A stretch of 63,912 nt of DNA, the filler included, from Hyphochytrium catenoides (taxonomy: Eukaryota; Protista; Hyphochytriomycota), in assembly GCA_900088475.1 (NCBI GenBank). It is 10 parts of 10 records of this genome, joined end to end, with 100 filler letters (N's around TTAATTAATTAA, not from the genome) between each part and the next. Parts side by side here need not be neighbours in the genome. Positions count along the whole stretch, not along the records: positions 7,526 to 21,849 come from FLMG01001516.1; positions 21,950 to 27,674 come from FLMG01001947.1; 8 more parts are not named here. One strand, 5' to 3'. The notes under the pieces are model-generated. The model did not search any database, had not been told where the DNA came from, and saw only the letters and a program-made list of their open reading frames with translations. Both the position numbers and the translations under genes were made by a program. Shown one piece after another: positions 11,980 through 22,868 of this stretch. Each line of letters starts with the position of its first letter. Position 1 is the stretch's first letter.

Positions 11980-14784
11980 AAAACAGAGAGGGAGAGAGAG
12001 AGAGAGAGAGAGAAAAACAGAGAGAGAAAAACAGAGAGGGAGAGAGAAAGAGTGAGAAACAGAGAGAGAAAGGGAGAGAAAGAGCAAGAAAAAGAGAGAG
12101 AAACGAAGCTCATCATCGTTTCTCTTTCCTTACTTTGGCAGCAGTCTATTCTCGGAGAGATAATGCAGAACCTGAAGATAGATCGTCCCGCAACAGACGA
12201 GAATAGAGCGGATGGACGGCGTGGCCTGAAGATATTCTGCCAGGTTCTTCTCCACAATCATCCCGTCATAACTTGCACTCATGCGAAAAGCCGTTCTCTC
12301 TCTCTCTCCCAGTGTGTCTTCTCTTTCTTCAAAGCCTTGTTCAAAGCCATCACAGCGATCTTTCAGGTTATCTTGGTCAGGATAGAGGAGACAGAGGCCG
12401 TCCTTTCTCTCCCAGACGCCTAACTTTGTCTCTTCTTCATTTCTTCTCTTCTTCATCTCTCTCCCAGCTTGGAGGCCGGCGAAGGTCTCCACTTGCCCTA
12501 CATAATGTATTGGCTTGACACCAAGAATGCGATCTGCTTTATCTCCGGCATTGACGGTGAAGAACGGGATGGAAGAGAGAGAGAGAGAGAGAAGAGACGC
12601 GTTCAAGGCTTTGTACGAAGGAACTGCAAGAATGACGGCCGAGGCATTTTCTTCGATGAATCTCTCGATGTACGTCCCCATTCTCTCCATCTCTGCATTG
12701 TTCCCAACGCCATAGATATACTGAAAGGCATCGTCGGACGGCCCTGAGCAGGAAGAGAGAGAAGAAGAAGAAGAAGATGTAGGAGAGAGAGAGAGAGACG
12801 AAGAAGAAGAAGAAGGAGAAGAGAGAGAAGAAGAAGAAGAAGATGTCGTGCAGTCCGTGAAGGGCAGGCCGATATCCTCCAGAGCCGTTAACGTCGCATT
12901 TTTGTAGGACATCCAGAAGGATTCTTGGGCATTTCCATGGGTTAAAAACCGGTAACGGACATTCTTCCTCGTCCATTTTTTCTTTGGTTCTCTCTCTTCT
13001 TTTCTTTCTTCTCCTCCTCCTTCGTTTCCTTCCTCGGTGGACGAGGAAGAGGAAGAAGGAGAGAAGAAGGCTCTTGGCCCGGCCTGTAGGACGTTGTTAA
13101 TGTTCTTGGCCTTCATCCCGGTCGTATGATAGTAGACTATAAAGGTGAGGCTTAGATAGCCCTGAAGATACGGCTGATCCGAGAGAAAGACATCCAAAAA
13201 TCCGTCCTGGAGAAGCGTCTCTCCGTGCTTTGTATGGCCAATACTGCCCACGCAGAGAGAAGAAGAGAGAGAAGAAGAAGAAGAAGAAGAGAGATGCTCG
13301 CCCTTGCGAAAGCTTCCAATTATTTCTTTCCATGTGGGCAGGTTGAGATTCTGAAGGCCCTGGACAAAGATGGCCGTTGAGTTTCTCATCCCAGAGTTTA
13401 ACGTTCTTTTCATCTCATCCACCGAGAAGCCGTCCAGGATCAGGGTCCGAGGTGGAGAGAGAGAAGAAGAAGAAGAGGAGAGAACGTCAACGAAGCCTTG
13501 ACAGCGTTGTTTGGAGGCTTCATGATTTGAATCTATGGGGCAAAAGAAGGGAGAGAAGAGAGACAGAAAGAGAAGAGAGAGAAAGGAGAGAGACATGAGA
13601 TAGGATCCCAACATAGAAGATGAAGGGAGATATATATATAGGAAAAAAAGAAGCAGAAGAGTGAAAAAAAGAAATAGCGCAGAATGGAGAAAAGAGGGAA
13701 ACCAGAGAGAGAACGAGAAAACAGAGAAAGGAGAGGGACGGTGTAAGGTAGCAAAAGAGTCAAGATGATGAAGAAATGGAGAGAAGGAACGCCGTGCGTG
13801 GGGACAAAACCCAGAGATGGAGAGAGAGAGAGAAAAAGAAAAGAGCATTCAAGTAGACGCAGAAGACAAGATAATGTCTATGTCCGATGATAAGTAGAGA
13901 AGAGATCGAGGGACAAGAACTGCGGTAGAGAGAGAAACGAGGAAGAGGCGAGCTAGCAAAGAAAGAGGCGCAAAGATGAACAAGGTAGGAGAGATAAGAC
14001 AAAGCAAAACAGAGAGAGAGAGAGAGAGAGATGTACCTTGGAAGCAGACTGTCTCTCTCGAACAATTCCTCGTTATAAACTCTCGGGCCAGGGCGGCGCC
14101 CGCCTCATAGTTGTCCATCCCAATGTGAAGCGCCTTTGGATGGGAATTATCCGCAGGCTGCGCGCCGATGGTAAATACTCTAAATCCACTGTCTCTGAGT
14201 GCCTTTATCGCGGTATCTACCGCCTTTCCAGGGACATAATAGACCACCACCGAGCTCTTTCTCCCACCGGCAGCATCGCTTCCTCCTCCTTCCTCTAGGC
14301 CAGCGCCTCTGTCTTTCTCTTCTTCTTCGTCTTTCAACTGCGTCAGCATCGCTGCTAGAGCCTTAGCCCTGTCATTATAATAGACATCCACAAAGTCATT
14401 GTACGTTGGAAAGTGCAGCCGTGTACGTACTCTCATTCGCTTTGAGGCCTCTAAAAACCCGGTCCGGACGGTAAAAAACACGTCCTGACTAGCCGCTAAC
14501 GGGTCTAATGGCAGGACGAGATGGACGGTAACGGCCGTCCGGTTCTTGCAGGGGCAGGAGAGAGAGGAAGAGAGAGAAGAAGAGAGAGACAAGAGAGGAG
14601 CATTGAAGAGAAGCAGGAGAGAGAAGAGAAGAGAGAGGAAAGAGGAGGGATGGAGAGAAGAAAAGAAGAAGAAGTTGTTGTGAGGAGAGAGAAAAGAAGA
14701 GGAGGAGGAAAAGAAGAAGAGGGAAGGCGACCTTCTCCTCTTTGATGAGAGGGAGAGTGGTGAGATCTTCTCGCCTCTCTTCAT
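7906..14784 (-). CDS. Receptor-like protein: hydrophobic N-terminal leader + two type I (sugar) periplasmic-binding domains + LNR repeat + GCC2/GCC3-like Cys-rich region; 3' truncated by contig end
   Basis: Exons 14784-14037, 13532-12134, (N gap)-11211, 10630-10331, 9904-9804, 9493-9414, 9065-9004, 8714-8598, 7966-7906. Splice phases are consistent at every junction that can be checked. PBP motifs: HIGMDNYEAGAALARE, QRCQGF, DQPYLQGY; LTHG...SFW, HYVGQVETFAGLQAG, NLKDRCDGF, FSLDQQQGLQAY. LNR: CREDWKGDGWCDEENNRQECQWDGGDCC. Cys-rich region: SCEPCPKYTFGVDGRYCIVC...VQCMGSDVVLPAVDFW...YQCHPNWCT. The start codon is less certain. Confidence 0.85.
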
Positions 14785-15501
14785 CGTTTTCCCGCAAAGA
14801 AGAGAGCCTATCTAGAAGAAGAGGGACAAAGAAGGGCCTCACTTTCCCGGCTGGGGAAGAGAGAGAGAAAGAGAGAAAGAAGAGAGACAGCCGTTTATGG
14901 GTTGATGGAGCTAAGAGGAGGAAAGAAGCGCGGGAGAGAAAGACAGAAAAGAAGAGGAACAAGAAGAGAGAGCAAAGGTTCTCTCTCAAGCGAGAAAGAA
15001 ACTAATCACTTCTAAGCTGGCCCGCCGCCCCATTGTCCCGTCTCTCCTCTGCATCCTTCCCTCGTTTTTCTCTCCCTCTTCTGTCTCTCTCTGCAGAAGA
15101 CAGATGAGCCCTCAAATATTCTCTCTCCCAAACCTGTGTAACCTCTCTCCTTCCTAGGAAACTCAGAGGACGACAAAGGATGTCAAAACAAAGAGGAGAC
15201 AGGATCATTGTCTTCCTCTCGCCGCATCCTCCTCCTATCCTACTTCCTCTACAAGGACTCTCCCGCTTTCTCTCTCTCTTTCTCTCTCTCTGTCTTTCTC
15301 TTCTTCTCTCTTTTGAATCCCTGGTACCGTGCTCTTCTTTCTCGCTGCTGAGATCAATGAATGAGTTGCTCTCTCTCTCTCTTGGTCTCTCCTAGCGCCA
15401 GATAATTGCGTCTTCTATCTCTCTTCTTGCTGTTGCAAGTCTCTCTTCCTCTTGGGGAGGCGCAGAAAGAGCTCAATCAGCTTTCCTTCCTGTTGGGGCT
15501 A

Positions 15502-15533
<32 letters not shown>

Positions 15534-15683
15534 CCACCGCGAATCCTGATGGGAGCAGACGGCGCAAATGACTTCCTAGGGCACATCTCTCTCCCACACC
15601 CTTCTACGCCTGGGTGACTCATTTTTCTTCTCTTTTCTTTCCTTTCTCTCTCTCTCTCTCTCTTTCTCTCCTCTCTCTCTCCC

Positions 15684-15734
<51 letters not shown>

Positions 15735-16160
15735 AACCCCCTGCTGGGTGACTCGGTTTCCTCTTACATCACGGTGCCCAACCGTGCCAAGCGCTGCCTC
15801 CAGAGAGAAAGAACAGCACTATGAGGAGGAACTATCGAACGGAGACTGTAAGAAAGAGACGAAAAAATGAAAGAAGAGAGGTGCACACCTCCAGGAAGAG
15901 ACACTAGCTAGAAACAAAGAGAGAGAGAGAGAAAGAGAAAGAGAAAAGAGAGGCAGTGGCTGCTGGACAGACAGAGAGAGAAACGGGAGGCAACCAGCCA
16001 AGGGAAGTTCGGGAGAGGCATGAGCCGCCAAGGCAAGGGAGAGCAAAGAACGAAGAGAAGCGAAAGAGAGAAGAAAGGACGGTGCTCCAGAGAGAGAGAG
16101 AGAGAGAGAGAGAGACATGAGTTGTCGGAATAGAGAGAGAAGAGAGAGGGGAGAAAGAAA

Positions 16161-16261
<101 letters not shown>

Positions 16262-16764
16262 GCTCTTCAAGGTGCATCAAGCCCCTCAATGTGACCGTTT
16301 CACATGAAACCTAACAAATTCTTTGAGCTCGAGTGCGTGTATAGACCCGGGTTAATGACCCAATATTCTAAAGGTTAAGCTTTATATATGTGGACCTTAT
16401 CCGGGCCTGACTCGGGTTAATTGTTCCACTGAATGCACTGTATGCGCTATGACGCAATCTTGAATGTTTGGGTAGGGGATTTGGGATAAATGTAGGATTT
16501 AACCCTGCTATCGCTGATCTGGATAGATAGGGGATGAAAGGCGTTACGTTCCTTGGAAGGGACGATCATGCCCATCCCAAGTCCCGTTTATTGTTGCAAG
16601 ACAAGAAGGAAAGAGGAGAGAGAGAGAGAGAGAAAAAAGAGAGCAATTGGGTTAGCCGAAAGAGGGAAGATAGAAGACAGAGTGGGAGAGAGAGAAGAGA
16701 TGCTTCAGCCTTTTTCATTTGCTTTGTGCTCCCATTGGCTTCTTTTCTCTCTGATCTCTCTTCT

Positions 16765-16860
16765 CTCTCTCCCGGATTCTCTCTCCTCTCTCTCTCCCGG
16801 ATTCTCTCTCTCTCTGTCTCGGATTCTCTCTCTCTCTCTCACTCTCCCGGATTCTCTCCC
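16765..16860. repeat. Minisatellite, four units of (CT)n-CGGATT
   Basis: Core ctcccggattctctc (one variant ctcggattctctc) recurs four times within CT microsatellite. Confidence 0.6.
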
Positions 16861-16977
16861 ACTATCTCTCTCTCTCTCTCTGTCCACTTTTTTAACGATC
16901 AACTTTGTGCTCTGCATTTGGCTTTCATCATCACCTTTGTGTTCTGCATTGTTTTTTTTTCTCTCTGATATCTTCTC

Positions 16978-17015
<38 letters not shown>

Positions 17016-18351
17016 CAGTGCTTCTCTCTCTTTCTCTCTCTCCCCGTGCTTTCTCTCTTTCTTTCTCTCTCTCTCTTTCTTCTTCCTCAAACTACTACGT
17101 AATGAAGAGAGATGAAGAGTAGCGGAAAATGAAACTATTTAGAGGAACGAAGACAAGAAGAGAGGATAACGAGAGAAAATAAAAAGGAACGAGAGCGGCA
17201 CAACAATTACAAAAGGAAAAAAGGAGATAAAGACAAAGAGGAAGAAGTGGATGAGCCTGGTGATCTCTCTCTTTTCTCTCCGACCCTTGTGACTACTTAC
17301 TTCTTCTTCAACATCTATTCTTTGCCTCCTCAATAAAGAAGAGAACGACCGAAGAAAAATGCGAAGAGAAAGGAAGAAGAAGAGAAAGAGAGAGACAGCG
17401 AAAAAGAAGAGGGACTGAGAGAGAGAAGGAGAGAGAGACGGGAGGAGAGAGAGAGGAAAGACAAGAAAAGAGGAGAGAGGACTTCTTTAAGTAGCAGACG
17501 GAGTACAGTGTAGAATGAGGGACACTGAGGAGTCGACCCACGCACCACAGAGAGAGAAAGAGGGAGAGAGAGAAGAGAAGACGGAGGAGAAAGAGAGGAG
17601 GAGAGAGAAGAGAGAAGAAAGACACACCACAGAGACACAGAGAGACCAAGAGAGAGNNNNNNNNNNNNNNNNNNNNNNNNNNNNNNNNNNNNNNNNNNNN
17701 NNNNNNNNNNNNNNNNNNNNNNNNNNNNNNNNNNNNNNNNNNNNNNNNNNNNNNNNNNNNNNNNNNNNNNNNNNNNNNNNNGGAGAGAGAGAGATACAGA
17801 AAGAGGGGACGACCAGAGAAACAGAGAGGAGACAAGAAAGAAGAGGAAGAGAGGGAGACAGCAGAAAGGACGAGAGAGGAGGTTAGTGGTAAACCCTAAC
17901 TTTAGGCATGGGAGAGAGAGAAGAAGAGAGAGGCAGGGAACTCGTCTTCCTCCCCAATAATCCGAGAGAGAAAATAGTGTAGATCCTCCTGAGCTGGAGC
18001 AGGAGCTAGCTCAGCGGCAGGAGGAAGAGAAGCAGCAGAAATTAAAAAGAGAGGAGGAGAAGAGAAGAAGAGAACAGGGGAGAGAGAGAGGAGAGAGAGA
18101 GTTGAAAGGCGGCAAGGAAGGCGCTGAAGGCGGTAAAACTGGAAACTATCATGCGGACAGTTTCCTCATGCAATGCCAAAGACACCTGCTGTCTGTCTGA
18201 TGAAGCGATGACGAAAGAAAGAAGTGTTCATCGCGTTCCAGCAGAGCCACGGCCCGGCGGTCTTACCTTTTCTATAAATAGGAGTATAAGAGAGGAAAGC
18301 AAAGGCGGCTTTCTGCTTTTGGTTACACTGGTGGTTTCCCTTCCGTCCCTT

Positions 18352-18394
<43 letters not shown>

Positions 18395-18505
18395 TTCTTT
18401 GTCTCTCTCTCTCTCTCTGTCCCCCTGTCTCTTTCTCTCTCTCCCTGTCTCTTTCTCTCTCTCTTTGTCTCTTTCTTTCTCCCTGTCTCTTTCTGCCTCC
18501 CTCTT

Positions 18506-18554
<49 letters not shown>

Positions 18555-20216
18555 GCTCTCTCGCTCTCTCGCTCTCTCTCTCTCTGCTTTCTCTCTCTTT
18601 GTTTTGTTTATACTATTATCGCGTACGAAGAAGCGGGGAAGAGCAGAGGAAGACGAAGACCATATTATATAAAGAGAAAAGAAAGTGAGAGAGAGCACAC
18701 ACAATAAAGAGAGAAATAAGGTGGTGAAGAAAAAGAAGAATGGATGAGCCTGCTGATCTCTTCTCTCTCTCTCGTTTTGGTCGTCGGTCCATCTCTTTGT
18801 GGCGTCTCTTCTGCTCAGTATCTAAGCTTTACCTTCTAAAGAAGAGAAACAGACAACCGGCAAAGCAGACTAGGCCGCCAGACACAGAAGAGGAAGAGAA
18901 AGGAAGGGAGAGAAAGAGAGAGAGGAGAGAGCGAGGGAAAGAAGATGAAAGAGAAGAGAGAGAAGAAGGAAAGAGAGAGATCGAGAGAGAGAGAGAGAGA
19001 AAGAAAAAAAGGAGAGGGAAAGAGAGGGGAGAAAAAGAAACGACGACGCATCTTCAAATAAGAGTAAGCCACCGAGGAGAGAAGGAAGAACACAAGGAGA
19101 AAGAACGTCGCGAGAAAGAGAGAAAGCAGCGTCGTCCTTCCTCTGAATTGACAGACAGGTACAGCATAGAGAGAGACAACGAGGAGTCGGCATGCACAGA
19201 GGGTCACAGAGAGAGAGAGCGAGAGAGAGCGAGCGAGAGAGAGAGAGAGAGACAGAGAGACAGAGAGAGAGACAGAGAGAGAGACAGAGAGANNNNNNNN
19301 NNNNNNNNNNNNNNNNNNNNNNNNNNNNNNNNNNNNNNNNNNNNNNNNNNNNNNNNNNNNNNNNNNAGAGAGAAGAGAGAGGAGATAGAGGAGACGGCGG
19401 GTAGAGAAAGAGACAGCAAGAGGGAGACAGCAGATAGGGAGAGAGGGCGAGTGGGAGCAGGAGAGAGGGAGAAGAAAAAGGTGTAGTTTGGCAGGCAGAA
19501 GATTGCGAGAGAGAGAGAGGACAGTAAGAGAGACAGAAAACAAAGGGAGATAATAGATGGATAGATAGATAAATAGTTCTGGTAGAAGGGGAAAGAGAAA
19601 CAAAGACAAAGAAAAGTAGAAAAGTGAAAACGGAAAGGAGCGGTTGAAGTGTCCCTTGATACGCCAGAGAAGAAAGAGAGAGAGAAGAAGAGAGAGAGAG
19701 AGAAGAAGAGAGAGAGAAAGGTTGCATCGTTATGTGGTAGCAAACCGATACTAAGATAACAGCTGGCAAAAGGAGCTTCAAGGCAAGATCTAATGTCTTT
19801 CCGAAAGGGCACTTGCTTTCCTGACAAACGTGGAAGAGGACAGTGAGAGAGAGAGAGGCAGCCTTTTTGCTCTAGAGAAGAGGAAGAAAGAGTCTTTCCT
19901 CACTTTCTTATTGCCTCTCTCCCTAGTAGGTCTTTTAATAACTGACAGGACAGGAGACACGAGTGGATGATCCAGTTTGAAGAAGTTCCAGCGTGGTAAC
20001 ATCTCTACCAGGGAGAGAGAGACACTTCATGGCCTTTCTTTCTTCTCTTCCTCATCGCTGTCTGTCCTCATCAGGATTGTTCCCTGAAGGTGATCCTTCC
20101 TCTCAAGATTTTAAGGGAGAGGCACCGGATGGAAGAAGAGTCTTCAGGAAACTCATAGGTAGATCACTTCGTGAAGAAAACAGTCCTGCCAAATGAGGAC
20201 AGCAATGAAAGAGAAT

Positions 20217-20268
<52 letters not shown>

Positions 20269-20385
20269 AAGAAGAAGGTTGTTATATGTATATCCGGTGC
20301 ATGGGAGGATGTGACGTTTTGTCTCTCTTTCTCTTTGCATGTTATTAGAATAAACTGTTGACACTACTTCTCTTGCATGTTACTC

Positions 20386-20507
20386 TATTAACTGAGATAT
20401 AGAGGGTAAGGAGAGAGTCTCTCCCTTTTATTTTTGCATTTCTCTAGGTAGACTGACTCCCTCCCAAGGGAGAGACTCTCTCCTTTCCCTCTATATCTCA
20501 GTTAATA
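20386..20507. repeat. 42-bp near-perfect inverted repeat (hairpin; MITE-like or pre-sRNA)
   Basis: Arms 20386-20427 (TATTAACTGAGATATAGAGGGTAAGGAGAGAGTCTCTCCCTT) and 20466-20507 are reverse complements with one mismatch; 38-nt spacer. Confidence 0.9.
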
Positions 20508-20629
20508 AACTTCTTTCTGAAGTAGAAGATCCTTTGCTGCTTGACTTGCGTATGTTCCCGCAAAAGTCTTTCTCTGCGTGGTGCTTGTCTGAACTAAGGC
20601 CTGGCCAGCCAAGGTACAGAGAGAGCACC

Positions 20630-20662
<33 letters not shown>

Positions 20663-21211
20663 GACCTGCCACAGTCTCACATATGCCAGAAGGTTATGAA
20701 TGAGGTGTTCTCTCCTAATAATACCTTGGGATGTTACCATCGTGGACCACTGACCTCAGACGATCTGCATTCATTCACTGTTGCAACATTCGTGGTGATA
20801 GAGATGTTAAGCTTGTCGTTCTTATAAACTTCTTTCTGAAGTAGAAGAAGATCCTTTGCTGCTTGACTTGCGTGTGTTCCCGCAAAAGTCTTCCTCTGCG
20901 TGGTGCTTTTCTAAAACTGAGGCCTGGCCAGCCAAGGTACAGACAGACAGAGCACCTTCTCTTTCTTTCTCTCTATCGTGGAACACTGACCTTAGACTAC
21001 GATCTGCATTCACGGCAACATTCGTGGTGATGGAGACGTTAAGCGTGTGATTTTAAGTGAAGTGATTGTACTGGTGAAGAAAGTGTTCCACGATGGTAAT
21101 GTTTCCTGTTAGGACAAGCACAATCACCCTAAAAACGACAAGGTTAACGTTCTCCATCACCACGAATGTTGCAGCAATGAATGCAGATCGTCGTAGCCGT
21201 CTAAGGGGTCA
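20505..21211. repeat. Diverged tandem duplication (20505-~20815 and 20824-~21044) plus an inverted partial third copy (~21134-21211)
   Basis: Both copies begin ATAAACTTCTTTCTGAAGTAGAAG...GATCCTTTGCTGCTTGACTTGCGT and end ...CGATCTGCATTCA...GCAACATTCGTGGTGAT...GTTAAGC. The reverse complement of this tail (CCATCACCACGAATGTTGCAGCAATGAATGCAGATCG) is at ~21154-21190. Confidence 0.85.
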
Positions 21212-21679
21212 AAAAAAGAAGGATGGATGGATGCGGAGACCGACCGACAGCAGGAGAAGAGAGAAGACAGAGCATCGAAGATGGTGACAGAAGAGATGAT
21301 GAAATTGTCAAACCAGCAGCAGCAGAGGAGATAGAGACAGAAGAAGAAGAAGAAGAAGAAGAAGTGAGAAAGAGCGGGAGCCGAGGGGACAAAAGGGAAG
21401 GACAAACAACCCACTTCCTCCTCGCTCTTCTGCCGCTGGAGAGTGCATGAGGAGGAGACAGCACAGCGAGCTGCGCGAAGAAGCGAGGAATAGCTACTGA
21501 GCGACGGAGAAGAAGAACTTTGATTGAGGAATGGATGATGTTGAGCGAGCGATGAATCAAAAATCTGCGGCGGGCAGAGAAGAAGAAGAAGAAGAGGAGA
21601 TTGCCGAGAAGAAGCAGCACAACCCTAACAAACGCGAAGTGACCCTGCTAAGCTTGAGCAGTAATGTACGCAGATATTT

Positions 21680-21849
21680 TTAGGGCCGTTCCCATCGAGA
21701 CTTTTTTTTTGGTAGTCGTAGCACGAGGTAGCATGCTACCAGATCGAGTCGGTAACGTCATTAATGTAGCATGCTACTACTGCTTGCATGCTACCGTGCT
21801 ACAAAAAAAAATGTATCATGGTATCATGCTACCGGCGGTATCATGCTAC
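21680..21849. mobile_element. Putative PIF/Harbinger (Tourist-like) element end with palindromic GTAGCATGCTAC subterminal repeats; cut by contig end
   Basis: TTA followed by GGGCCGTTCCC, about five copies of (G)GTA[GT]CATGCTAC, and an internal T9...A9 inverted repeat. The second end is not visible. Confidence 0.45.
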
Positions 21850-22868
21850 NNNNNNNNNNNNNNNNNNNNNNNNNNNNNNNNNNNNNNNNNNNNTTAATTA
21901 ATTAANNNNNNNNNNNNNNNNNNNNNNNNNNNNNNNNNNNNNNNNNNNNTCACCTGCGTCAAAGCATCTGATCCTTTGACTCTCTCTCTCTCCCCTCTTT
22001 TCCTCTCCGCAATCTCTCTCCTCCCTAGCAGTAGAACTATCAGCCCTCTTTTCTCTCTCTCTTTGATCCTTCTGCGTCTGCCTGCTGCCCTTTCGAAGTG
22101 CAGGTGCAACTTGGTGGGCGACTGTAGGCAGTGTGGAAAAGCTCTGGAATGTTACTGATGGAAGTGTCCAGATAAATCATCTCTCGCTCTCGCTTTCTTC
22201 CTCTCGCTGTCCCTCTCTCTCTCTTTTTTCTCTCCCTTTCTCCCTCTCCCTCTTTCTCTCTTTTGTTCTTTCCCCCTCTCTCGCCTTCCCTAGTTTCCTC
22301 TTTCTCTCTCTCTCTCTCACCTCTATATTCCACTTTCTCTCTCTCTCTCTTACCTTTCTGTCTCTCCACTCTCTCCCTCTCTCTCTCTCTTAGACGGCTT
22401 TGCTCGATTCTTTTACGATCTCATACTGAGCAGCACCGGAAGGAGAAGGGACTTCTTTGTTCAAGATTAGCCAGGACTGGAAAAAAAGGAATGTCGCGCT
22501 GCACGCAGCGCTCATAGCTGAAGATTCTCAGAGCTTCATACCCAGCGCAGGGAGGAAAAAAGCAGAGACCGGCGTCTTTTCCACTTTTCCTTTTCTCACA
22601 TTTCCTTATCTTCAGATTCTTGACATCCAGATTTCCATACTCTGTAAGTTCCTGAACGCCGAGAACTCTCATCGCTCGCCGTGTGGAGAATCAGTAGTTC
22701 CTTCCGCAGCAGGGCGACTTTGAAGCTTATATTGTCTCTTTCAAATAAAGAAGGACAGATCTTTGTCTCTTCTTTGTTTGCCCTAAAGTAGTACCGTCTC
22801 TCTCTCTTTCTCACTCTCTCTCTCCCCTCGACCAGAGCACCTTTATTTGATGAATTGGTAAGGGAAAA

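Noticed and set aside
7906-14784. Bacterial contaminant ABC-transporter gene
   Set aside because: It has phase-consistent spliceosomal introns filled with the host microsatellite, is fused to eukaryotic Cys-rich modules, and has no permease or ATPase neighbours.
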